A stretch of DNA of 61,577 bases, the filler included, from Choristocarpus tenellus KU-1152 (Eukaryota > Protista > Phaeophyceae): assembly GCA_964200185.2 (NCBI GenBank). It is 4 parts of 4 records of this genome, joined end to end, with 100 filler letters (N's around TTAATTAATTAA, not from the genome) between each part and the next. Parts side by side here need not be neighbours in the genome. Positions count along the whole stretch, not along the records: positions 1 to 15,891 come from CAXNAD020000912.1; positions 15,992 to 42,199 come from CAXNAD020000171.1; 2 more parts are not named here. One strand, written 5' to 3'. Numbering within the stretch: position 1 is the stretch's first letter; each line of letters opens with the position of its first letter. The position numbers and the translations under genes are program-made. Shown here piece by piece: positions 13,401-25,176 of the stretch. The notes under the pieces are model-generated. The model made no database searches and had not been told where the DNA came from. It saw only the letters and a program-made list of their open reading frames with translations.

Positions 13401-13715
13401 ATATGGTGTTTGATAGTGAGTAGTTATTGTCAATCTCTTCTACTGCACGGTCGGACTCATCATGGGTTTGAATCTAGATGATATTGTTCGTTTCTTTTTG
13501 GCTTGCTACAAGTGGCTGACGTAGCTACCACTGATGCAGAACGACTGACGCTGTGCAACTGAGGCAGACACTTTCTGATGTGTCTGCTGACATGCGCGGT
13601 AGGTAACGAGGCAGGGCACACACCCCTCCCACCTCGAGGGATGGTGTTCACTCTGTTTATTAATTCATCCATACCAAATAAAGCAAAAACTCTATTTGAA
13701 CAGGTCTTTTGTACA
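10403..13715 (+). mobile_element. Ty1/Copia retrotransposon, internally deleted and pseudogenised (gag part, integrase C-half, RT, RNase H, PPT, 3' LTR)
   Basis: gag DGRAVWLELEQIY jumps to integrase CISGDGAGEF at ~10800. RT WQEAMEKEM..AIKTRFVFKIK..RYKA*LVARGF..AYLNADL..TYLDD. RNase H GYGDSNWG..FCDNRGAI..RTKHVD..LADILTK. PPT GAGGGAG ends at 13366; LTR 13367-13715. Many stops and frameshifts. Confidence 0.93.
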
Positions 13716-15800
13716 GATATGAAAGGTGGAACACCTCGCTTCACTTGGTGTCCACCCGTACAATTTTAAATTTAATGTGTGGCAATGTATCTTGCAAGCA
13801 CGTCCTGCCTGCCAAGACTCAACAATATTAAGCAATTTTGTATCGCCCATCCTCCCGGCAATGTCGTGCCCACTCGCCGTCCCATAGGTGGACGACATTG
13901 TTGGCAATATTTCAAGAGGCAAGAGCCGCAAAACTACCTGTTGCTGGAGCTATCCTTCAGACGTTCGGCCGGAAGGCTTGCTCCGCTTTCATGTGTGGTG
14001 CAAAACAGACAAGGAGTGAGTGAGGCAAGTACAGAGACTTTTCACGTGAGATGACTGGTTGAGGAATTTTCTCGCCCGCAAAAAGCTAGTCAGCAAGGAT
14101 CTTCACGGAGAGGCGGGTAGTGTTGACGATGCAGCTATTGTCCTCGTCCTGAAAAAAGTCCCCAAGTGTTTGCCAAGCAAGACGACCCAGAGTGTATCTT
14201 CAACATGGATGAAACTGTATTGTTTTGCCGCCTCCTACGAAACGGTCCTTTCTCGCGCTTGGCCAGGACAGGAAGACCGTACAGGGGGTAAAGGCAATGC
14301 ATGCGAAGGATCGGGCGACAGCCTATATCGCGACCAACCACCCTACCAGATCTCAGAAGGTACCACTATCGTTCATTAGCAACTTCAAGAATCCGAGGTG
14401 CTTCCATCTCCACAAACCTCCTTTCACCCACTTCTCTCAGACCATTGCCTGGTCCAACGCACACGTGTTCAGGCTGTGGTGAACAAAGCTGTTTTTGCCT
14501 TACGTGCGGAAGTTTACAAGCAAAGATGTCCTCATCCTCATGGACAACCACAGCATCCATGAAGGGCTCGAAGATCCAAGGAGGGAAAGGGCCTTGCTCG
14601 ACCTACTGCCCAACTGCACCAGCAAACACCAGCTGATGGACCAACCTATTATCGCCGCATGGAAGGTTACATACAGGACGAAGCTGTTGTCGACCCCAGT
14701 GGACATATTGTCCGCACAACCCCTTCAGCAGGCGAAGAAACTAAATATGGCGTTGGTTATGATGGGGCTGGAGGAAGGGTGTCACCCACACATCTTAGAT
14801 GAAACGGAATGGAGTATGGGAGGCGATCTCATCAAACCATCGCCAGGTCTGTGCCACGTCATTTAGTAAGCAGCATACAGTATTAATCCCCTGCTCATTA
14901 CATATAAGTCCTGCTGTGTCCTGCCGAAGGTCTTTTCTTTTATACCCCGTCATATTTTTAATTGTTGGATGGCATCTTTACCCTACGGGCTGCCCCCCCC
15001 CTTCATGTATTCTAGATGGTTCCATTCACTCACAATCTGCTCCCCTCCCTATCCGCATTCTTTTATGTGTATTTCATTCTATTCCACCGCAGGTACTGGA
15101 TTAAGGCCAACATCCTCCCTGCACCCGTCGAAGCGGAGCTGACCTCAAAGTTTGGTAAAACTGCTCGTACCTCGAACAAGTTCGCCTTCAGCACTGACCA
15201 CACATCTGTTGAGAACACCGATGAACCGGTGCACATCATGCAGCACTTGAGTGTCGGTACGAGGAGCGGCCATGTTGATAAGGATCTCTCTGATGCTCTT
15301 GAGGCTCTGCACCTCAAACCCTGTGTACGACCGTCTCAGGCTTCCCCATCAACGGGGCGCGAGCGTGGATCAGTGTGAAAGAAGAGGCCACTGCAATACT
15401 AGAGGACATGAAAGACTAGTTGCTTGAGGAATCCTTGTATCAATCAGACGATGAAAGCTCGGCTGACGAGGGTGACGATGGGTTTATGGGAGGGGCCAGC
15501 GCATCGGGGACTGTGAGGAAAGGAGCAGCCTCTACAGTGCTCTCGATTTCTCCACCCCTGTACTCTCACGAGTCTGAAACCTTAGAAAAACCGCCGAAGA
15601 TTGCAGCATGAATGATGTTTCGTATCATCTCCAGAAAGCAAAGCTGGCTTGGCTCAGCGCAATTGGGGCAAAGGGCAATCAAACATCCAGGTATTCGCGA
15701 TTTTTTTAATAGCGAATAAGTTTTAATCAGTGAGCGCGATGGGGGGTGGATGGCGGTGCAGCTGCATTTGATCCACGATGGCGTTTTTGATACTGTACTG
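13716..15800 (+). mobile_element. pogo/Tigger-type (Tc1/mariner superfamily, DDE_1) DNA transposon relic with a spliceosomal intron
   Basis: CENP-B-HTH tail WLRNFLARK..LHGEAGSVD, then IFNMDET, KDRAT, KNPRCF, LILMDNHSIH, LPNCTSKHQLMDQPIIAAWK. Intron 14847-15092 joins TIAR|YWIKANILP. Acidic C-terminus; frameshifts present. Element ends approximate. Confidence 0.87.
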
Positions 15801-15891
15801 TATATTATCCTTATAGAGTGCAATTGAATACGTAGTACAGGGCATCGGAGGGAGGATCAGGATATAAGAGATTTTTTTGCTTGCCCCTAGC

Positions 15892-15991
15892 NNNNNNNNN
15901 NNNNNNNNNNNNNNNNNNNNNNNNNNNNNNNNNNNTTAATTAATTAANNNNNNNNNNNNNNNNNNNNNNNNNNNNNNNNNNNNNNNNNNNN
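15892..15991. other. Assembly gap / scaffolding linker
   Basis: 44 N + TTAATTAATTAA (stops in all six frames) + 44 N. Confidence 0.97.
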
Positions 15992-16282
15992 TCTAGTTTT
16001 CATTGGTTTCCCCCTGACACATCTGCAAAATGTCAGAGGGCATAATAATAATATCTATTTACATCGGACAGAATTTAGAGGTTTCTTTATAACGATTTTT
16101 TGTAGATATAAGAATGTATCTTTGGCTTTATGTGGGATGTTTTACCTGTATTGAAGTAGGCACGATAGTGACGTCTGAAAGTTCACCGAAGTAGGAATAT
16201 GTGAAAAAAAAGTGGAAGGTGGGGAGGATGGGACTGTATTATCAACAAATGTTGGTAGAGAAAACACTTTTCTTCTGCTGGC

Positions 16283-19200
16283 ATGTGTGTCGCCGACTGG
16301 GTTTTGTGGTTGTTGCTTCTACCTACATGCATCACTGGACAGTTTCGGACCTACGATGGGACAGGAAACAATGAGCGCGACGAATTTCAGGGATCAGTCA
16401 TGACCGTGAGTGGGAAAATAACTGACACACTATAATTTTGTGTTACTGAATGTACTTGTGAAGATGATACTAATGCTGTGGTAGTTTGTACCTGTATATG
16501 CATTGGCAGCCCTTGATCCGCCTCCATGACGCATTATATGAGGATGGTGTCTCAGAGCCACCCCGCCAAGATGGTCCTAGTGCAAGAGAAGTGATGCGCA
16601 AACTCTTTCTGGGTGAGTCAATGTTCTTTCAACGTTTCTATGAATTACTTATGCTTGAGGATCTTGTTGTCTTGTTCTTTTATAGTGTGCTTGGGTATAC
16701 GTTGGTTATTGTTAGTGTCGTCATTCACAAAAGATAACACTATCATTGGGAAACGGCTCAACGCTTGACTGCCCACATTTCCATATTTGACATTTTGTAG
16801 AACTACGGTGGTATGATGATATTCGGAATCTTCGGGAATTTATCTTAGTGTTGTGTTTTGCCAGAGGGCAACGAGCGTGGAAACCGTTCTACGAACATTC
16901 AACATTGTTTGACCCGATCCCTCTCTACTTTCCAAAACGTGTACATCAGGGCTTCCCCTCCACAAAACCAAAGGTACCTCTCAGTTCTTGCCAGCCTTCG
17001 GGCAACTAGTGGCACATGACATCGTGGAATTGTCGATCAATAAGAGTACAGAGGAATTTTTTCCTATCCTGTGTTCTGATAATGTGGCCGACATGTGGTG
17101 CCCTTTGGCAAGGGATAGCAGCATCGACTTCCAACGTGCTGAGTGGACGCTGGTAGGTGACTCGGGTGGGGGGTACCTTTGGGGTTGGTATAGTATTCTT
17201 TACACTTAGGACACCTTCGTTTCAACGATGAGGGGTGCAGTTGGGTAGTTCATCCTTTTGGGGTTGGTATAGTAATCTTTACACTTAGGACACCTTCGTT
17301 TCAATGGTAAGGGGTATAGTTGGGTAGTTCCCGATGACTCGTTGTCATTTCCTCTCTTCCCAGTCTTCTTAGGTCCTTTATTTGGACTACTCCCACAAAA
17401 AGTCATATCGTGTTGGAGTTGGTTATAGTAGTCTTTACACTTAGGACACCTTCATTTTTATGGTAAGGATTACAGTTCGGTAGTTTTGGAGCTACTGCAG
17501 TTTCCATACTAAGATATTTGCTCCGTTTTTGAGCTTGATATTAGCGAGTCATGCAGATGCTGAAACCCGACCAACTTGCTGTAGTGCTCCTCACAATTAG
17601 CACTCCTTGGCAGGTGGATGGAGTTCGTTTTCCGTTGAATCACAAGACTGCGTACTTGGATGGCTCAACAATTTATGGCGTGGATGAAGAAGCTGTGAAA
17701 TCAGTGCGCACTTTAGAGGGTGGAAAAATGAAGCTCACGAAAGATGGACTTCCTCTATACTCTTACGATGCAGAAGATGGGACACAGGCCCAGGTGGGAG
17801 GAGTGTTCTCATTGGAGCAACCAACAACCCCAAGATGTGTGGATAGGTAAAGAATGGCATAAGTAAGGAACATACACAAAGTGTATTGGCAACTTCTTTA
17901 GAGGTAAGTATTTTTTGGAGATTGGTGGCCAAGTTTGTTTCTGTGTAAATGCCCAATATCATCAAGTTCAATGAAGAGTGAAAGTATCTTAGAGGGTATG
18001 AGTTTTGCCCTGTTTGTCCATTTGGAGATTGACTTCCCACGGTGTTTTGATGACATTTTACCTACTCCGAAACGTTTCGGAGTAGGTAAAATGTGTACGT
18101 TATAAAACGGTGTGTCCAGAACAAGGTATTGACATCTCCTAACAAACATGATAGCCAAAATTACATCAAAATTACAACATTGGATTTTCGCCCCGAAATG
18201 GACGCTGCTCTACCCCTCTAAGATACTTCCACTCTGAATGTCAGGTGGAGACAGGATGAGGTAGTAATGTAATTAAAATGCTGAGCTGATGACTGTAAGT
18301 TGTGAGTGTGCAAAATAGGACAATAGTGAAGTGTACCTTATTTTGTGTATATGAGATTATTGTGTTAAACAAACAATGAGAAGACACCCCACAAGGTCAC
18401 TCTCTCTTCCGACCTTGTTGTGAAACTTCCTCCACTAGCTAAGGAGGAGGAAAAAACAATTTTAAAGGTTGAAAAATGATGTGTCCAGATAGGTACCCAG
18501 TAAAAGTCTTTACGTGTAACTTATCTCCTTTCCTGCTATTTGCCCCAGACTGATGGAGGTCATTGGGTGCTTGCTGACGATAGGAATGCTAACAACCTAT
18601 CTCTCCTTTGGTGAGTGTTGAAGGCACTTGCTGTAGCCGGGACAAATTTGTTCGCGATAAGAAATAGAGATGACTAGGATGCAGACATGGAAGATGGGTA
18701 CACGTTGTTATATTAATGTTCGGATTCTAATCCTTTTCTACATATAAAGCTGAGACTATCTTTCATAGACATTTGGACCACAACCCTTGTTCTTTGGGCT
18801 CAACAACTCTGCTAGAAACAATCTGGAAAGGGTAGGAAAGATGTAACTTAGATCCATGGATGGCGTGTGACTCGCAATCTTTGGGATCGATATACTCCTC
18901 AGTGCACACAGGAAGTGAAAGTAAATGGGGTCACACACAGGTTGCCAGCGTTGTAAAGCAACTATGCCAAAATCACCGTCGCTTCCTATGTTCTTCTCTT
19001 CCTGACCCTTGTTGTTCACTGAATGGTACCGCATTCCATGTGCTCAACGCTTGCTGAGCAGCCTTGTCATTGTTTTTCTCCGTGAGCACAACCGACGGGC
19101 AGCGGAGATTGCAACAGCATACCCATTGATGGACGATGAGGTGAGGTATCTTGGCTGCATTTCATCTATTTGTAGTGACAAGTACATTAATTGCACAGTG

Positions 19201-22200
19201 TTCATCTTTGTCGTGGAGTATTGCCTTTTCTTGAGTCAGTCTCAGTTTACAGTGTTGTCAGGCGTATGCTCTTGTGATGGAACCTGTATGTCAACTCTAT
19301 ATTAACCTCTTCTGAAGAAATATTTCTAATTGCTATGAAATAAGTTAGATTGACTTGTTCAATCTATTCCTTGAACCCAATGAAGAGTACGATCTGAAGC
19401 ATATTGAGGTACAAAGAATGAGTTTGGTGTATGGTATATACCATATCAATGTCTTTTTATCTAGTTGGTTGAATTGGAGGGGTACCTGCTTCAGATGGAG
19501 ATACCTATCTAAAAGGATATAAAATAGAGTGCTTATGACGGCTGAGTTGATAAGTCACTTGTTGGAGTAGTTGCCACCCTTCCACTTATTTCGATGGTTT
19601 GTCTTGTGCTGGATATGTTATTTGTGTCCTTCAGGAATGCTCATTTTGCAGTTTCATATTTGCAGTTTCATATTTGCAGGTCATAGCTGTGGAGGATAGA
19701 GTGTATAGTGAGTCTCACATTTTTCCCTCTTGTACGTAAGTCGGTGAGAAAGTAAATGGAGTCCTGACAAGACCTCCTTTGCTAGATCGTGGGAGTCAGA
19801 TGGTTGGAATGTAACAAAGAGATTTATTTTTTCCCGGTGGAAAGGCAAGTTGTTGACTATTTCTAGAAGAAAAATGCCTGAATAACACAATGAACTCCTA
19901 AGATTTTGATCCTTCTGGTGTGCTGAAATAAATGTAGAACAGCAATCTACCAAACTCCCTATATGAATGTTATAGAGTCTGCTGCAATTATCTACCAATA
20001 TATGTAAGTTCCATCTTAATCTGCGCAATGATGATGCAGGAGCTTTTCCAGCGGGCACGGCAGTGGGTGGTGGCTCTGATTCAAACCATTTTTGAGGCTG
20101 AATATGCCCCAAGAATTCTGGGGGAACCATTGGGCAAAAGAGTTTATGATGAGAGCGTGAATGCAGCCGTCGATGTTTTCTTTTCTGGAGTGGTGAGAAA
20201 AACAATCCAAGGCAGCCTCTAACTCCCAACCAGCAAATATATTGCCTGTTTTCATGGCTTGCATGATATTTGTGATCTCTGCTACAGATTAGGTTTGCTT
20301 CTTCGTATTTATTTCTCTGGTGGATGGAGTCAAGTGTAGGTGCCTGACTGAAAATTTGGAGTATACAAAGTCTGTTACAGTGTGCCTTGCATCGTTCCCA
20401 TGACTAGTGTTGGTTAACTTTTTTTTTACTCCGTACTTTTTCATCCTTACGAGCAACAGGCTTTTCGGTATGGCCATAGTGCTGTTAGCAATGTCAACCG
20501 CCTTGTGGACGAGGAGTTCTCTCCTATTACCGGTGACCCAGTGCCTCTGCGGCAGACCATGTTCAACACACGGCCCACTGTAAGTATTTATATGGTTGCC
20601 AGATATATTCTGATTGTGTAGAGGTGGTTGGATATCAGGCCGCTCACATTGATGAGAAAAATCAAAGTTAGTGATATTCGTTTGGGGCATTTATGCAAAG
20701 AGTCAACAACTTGGATTTAACTTTACATGTAGACAATCCAATATCACGATTTTTGTGAAGAAGAAGAGTTATTTTGGCCATGAAAGAGATAAAAAGTTTG
20801 GAGCTGAGGATGTTGGAGTGCCTGTTTAGTGTTTTAGTGTGGCAGGATTTAAGGTGGTGGTAGAGGCCTAGTATCCCGAAATCGTTTTTGTTACACATAC
20901 AACAATTTGTTTGGGAGTTGTGCACCTCTATTGGTGTCATGTGAGAGTGTTACACCATAAACACATGCACTCTGTCCTTTGCCCTGGATGTGTTACTCAG
21001 ATCCTTCAAGTGGGAATCGAGTCTGTTCTCAGGGGACTTGCACTTGAGAATGACCAATTAGCGGATGCGGCTATTGTTGACGACATGCTCTTGTTTATTG
21101 TCTCTGTTCCAACCTACAACATCCAAAGGGGAAGGTGAGCACTAGTTTATGATGAACATGGATAGAAACACTTTCACTAATGCAGTATTCCTTCTTTGTT
21201 CTGTGTTGTTCACTTTGATGAGGAAATAGGGAAGCTACTTATCACTAACTTAACATGCCGAACATGATGTGGCATGCTATTACTGTTTTTTCTGCCACCT
21301 ACCTGAAACTGTCATGCGATGTTTTGTGCTTGTACCATGACTTGCAACATGAACAAGGATTAGTTCACTGCCACACCCTCCTATAGCTGGAAACCAATAA
21401 ACACAACAAATACAAATAAACATATTTATAATAGTATGCCTACACACTCAGTAATGACCTTACATGCCGGTTCAAAAGGTTCACAGGCAGGTTTATGGTC
21501 AACACGTCTGGTCTCTGGTCCGTTTTACGAATGATGCTGTCACAATTTTGTTTTCTTCTAAATAAACAACCATAAAGAAGTAACGTCTGACATCAAAATA
21601 TTCTGATTTTTGTGGATCTGGTTGTATTACATATCAACCTGCATGCTCCATAATTCCCCCAAACATCTCTATTCAACATATCCATAGCTGTGACTGAATG
21701 AACTTCAAATCACCCCAGAAAATCAAGTCCTTTACTGCGATACTAAGGCTTATGAACTCAACTCTCCGTGAAGAGAGAGCTACAACCTTCCAAGTGATTG
21801 ACATGTAAGCAATTGCTTCTCGAGTCACCGATTTGACATGATTGTTTCCAGCATAGGTAGTATTTGCATATATAATTAAAAACACAGTCCTTACCAATCT
21901 CACATTTTTTTTGAACAAGACAAAATCACGCCAATACACATCCGATTATATGCCAGTGCTTAGCCTTGGGATTGCTGCGGCATGTTACTCACTGCTGCCA
22001 ACATCAAAGATTGCCCTGCCTCTCTGTACTGGGCATCATCTCCAACACAAGGTAATCCTCTCTCCTATCTTGGATGTGGTCAAGATTGTGGGCTACTGCC
22101 TCTCTTGCCTCATTCACACCAAAACGTAAACACATGCTCGCAATTGACATGGTCTGACTGATGCTGATGCTCTGTGTGACTTTGCCGCGTGAAGTATCAC

Positions 22201-25176
22201 ATCCTACATGATGTTCAGTCCTCATCCCAAAGATCCTCAATAGGAAAATTGCACCTCAATCCTAGGGAAAATCCAAATAAAACCATAATCTTGAGGCTCA
22301 AAGTATCTGGGGGGCGGGTGGTGGCTGTCCATTTGGGGTCGATTTTTTCATGTCGCAATATTTGGGAGATTTGATTGCATATGTCGGATGGATAATGTAT
22401 GTGCACTTTTCCTGGTTATGTCCAAATGAACACCCTGGTGTAGACCCCCCCCCTCCGCTCTTAAGATATTTTGGTTCAAACCCAGAACTATAGGGTCATC
22501 AACATGGGGAACCATCACCGCTCATATTCTACCATTTTATTTGGAACACAAAACACAGAGACCAGCTCTATGAGTGAAAGTATCTTAGAGGGTACGAGTT
22601 GTTCCCTGTTTGTCCATTTGGGGCTTGGTTTCCCTCAGGTTTTTTATAAAATTTTCCTACTCCAAAATGTGTAGAAATAGGTAAAGTGTTTATGTTATGA
22701 AAAGGTGTGTCCGGAACAAGGATATTGACACCTCCTAATAAACACACTAGCCAAAATTACTTCAAAATCGCAACTTTGGATTTTGGTCCCCAAATGGACG
22801 CGGCTCTACCCTCTAAGATACTTTGACTCTATGTGGTACTCAAGACCTCACTGCTATACTCATGTATATTTACCAATATAGCATTGAGTGATACGCTTGC
22901 TTGCTTGGCCCCGTGTAGTACAATCAACAAATGAACAACAATCTCCAATCCTCGTCTGTGGACAAAGCCAGAACCAGTTGAGGCAAAATGTGTAATGAAA
23001 ATTCCAATATGTTGGTCATTCATGACAAAGCTCTTTTGATAGAAAAGAGCCTTCTATCGTATTCCCTCTCCAATTTTTTTTACTTCTTTTGTTAATAAAC
23101 TTTGTATTAATTTCTATGTATCCGGGAAGTAACCTACTCTCCACCCAACTATCATTCAACAACAATCTACGTAATACTGCTCTACCATGATCCCAGGACT
23201 CACGGTCAGAAGAAGCAGGTGCTGCTTTCTAGTTCCAGGATTTGGGGTAAGGTAATCAGTTGGTACTTCAGTGGAAACATCAGCTGCACACAAAATAAGG
23301 GTAGACTCATTGAAAATAGACCCTTCAAAGTATATTGATGTGAAATCAATCCCAGTCCTTGAAGATTCACCATAAGTATTGTCACAGTGACCAGATCTGG
23401 TGCGATGCAGCAGAACAATGTTCCTACTCTTGTCTTTGTTCTCCAACTGCCAGAGTTCTCTTCATTTGCTACGGTTGATTTCCTCCTCGTGATCCTGCCA
23501 TTCTCCCTCAAATGCAGATTTTCTGTCTGCAACATCCCAAACCTCCTGCACTAGAGGTAATTTCGCTGTGGCATCTGGTAGTCAGCACCCTCCTCTAAAG
23601 TTCTTCTTCGTCTGGGTAGACCAGAAGGTGAACCTTCAGCTGCTTCTAGGCAACTTAAGGCAATGTATCCCTCGCCATATTGAGTGCAGGAAGTCGTTAC
23701 TCCTAAAAAGAATGCTGCATACCTTCTTAGCCACGTAGATGTCTTTATCGCTAACACCTTCAGGCCTTATGAGAGTCTCATCACACATGCACCAATTGCA
23801 TCCCTCCTTTTTCCAAGCACTACATCCCAGCCTACTTTGACCCCAAGGTGCACGTGCTGGTGAACCAATCGACATAATTCTTGGAATTAAGCTGCAGTTA
23901 TTTACTGTGCGATAAACCCTTTTAGTGCCACCTTCTGCCCAATCGCTCCAGTTAGTTGTGATCGATCTAGTTTGAGATAGGAATGCTTAATAGTGTTGAA
24001 CCTGATAGGGAATTTTTCGACAGGTTCTGAATTATTGAAATACTGTGAACTTCTCGCCACACAATGAAATATGCCTCCAGCCCCATTTTACATGGAGTGG
24101 TGTATTTGCATCTGACTAAACACATTGAGTACGAGTTGGCGTGCGATTATTGGTGGTAGAAGCGTAGCAGTGCAATGTATATAAATACAGCTTATGGCAA
24201 CATAGTTTCACTCTCTCCTCTCGAGATTTTGAGGAGAAAACGGCAAGGAGTCATCACCTAGCACTATGTCCTCTTTGACTCAATGCAGCTCACAGTGCTC
24301 TTCCTTGTTCTTGACTTCAACTCCAGGGACCTGGGTATATGTTCGTTTAATGATTGCCGTGAGCAGCTGGGGCTAACTCCCCTGCGCATCCTGGAAGATC
24401 TCACCAACGATACAACAACGCTAAGCATCCTGCAGGACTTGTATGGGGGCCTAGATAATTTGGACCCATATGTAGGAGCTCTGGCAGAGAGTGGTGGAAC
24501 AGGCTTGGTGCCACCACTCATGCATGCCAGTATCAAGGACCAGTACCAGGTAGGGAGTAAAAATCAGTTGGCCAGGGTTGAGATATTAACGTGGAGCAAG
24601 GTATACAGTACGTGTTTTCATTCAAGGGTAGCCTAGAACACGGTTGTCCTGCTCTTCCTCAAATAGTCATCAAAGTTCCCTAAAACATTCATTAGATGGA
24701 CTTCTGAAGCAAGAGGATATTAGATTATTGCCTATGTTGCACCCTTTCAGGGCATAAAGTCTCTGGGGTATTCATGTCGGTTGAACCACAACTCCTTGCA
24801 AAGCTTGTTCTGATGTAACATCCCATCAAGCCAGGTTCATTTTACGACTGTGAAGTTTGGGGTTGAAATGGGTTAGTGGGTATAGCACTTAATCCCTGAG
24901 AAGACTAGGTTGCAAGCTATGGATTGTGCTATTTACTTGGGACTCAGATGTAGTGAGTATTATCGATGAGTGGATAAAAGTTCATTGACACTAAACCTGA
25001 ACCTTAACCCCACACTTTTCCTCTTGATAGCGCTTGCGGAATGGGGACCGATTGTGGCATAACACCTCGAGTGAGTTCGAGGCAGTTGATGGTTGGTCGC
25101 TGGCTCAAGTGCTAAGGGAGAATTGTGATGGAATGGACCTTTTCCCCCTTGATGCTTTTACCACGGCAACTTGGAG
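16283..25176 (+). CDS. Exons 1-11 of the fusion gene: signal peptide + animal heme peroxidase (peroxidase-cyclooxygenase superfamily) domain
   Basis: FRTYDGTGNN, PLIRL..YEDGV..PSAREV, FGQLVAHD (distal His), NHKTAYLDGSTIYG, ADDRNAN (distal Arg), FLREHNR, ELFQRARQWV, AFRYGHS (proximal His), NIQRGRDLG, LDPYVGALAE, QYQRLRNGDRLW. Confidence 0.93.

Larger units (their letters stand above)
21670..23950 (-). mobile_element. Old degenerate Copia relic, antisense in intron 9
   Basis: RT-like VLHGAKQA (LYGLKQA) and SISISQ..LRFG; RNase H-like YANTTYAG..KSVT..ITW.VVALSS..EFISLSIAVKDLIF. Interrupted by two MITEs; extent approximate. Confidence 0.6.

Noticed and set aside
15936-15947. TTAATTAATTAA palindrome recurring three times (also 42244, 55385)
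   Set aside because: Always centred in an exact 100-bp N block, so it is an artificial linker. Adjacency across these gaps is therefore unproven.
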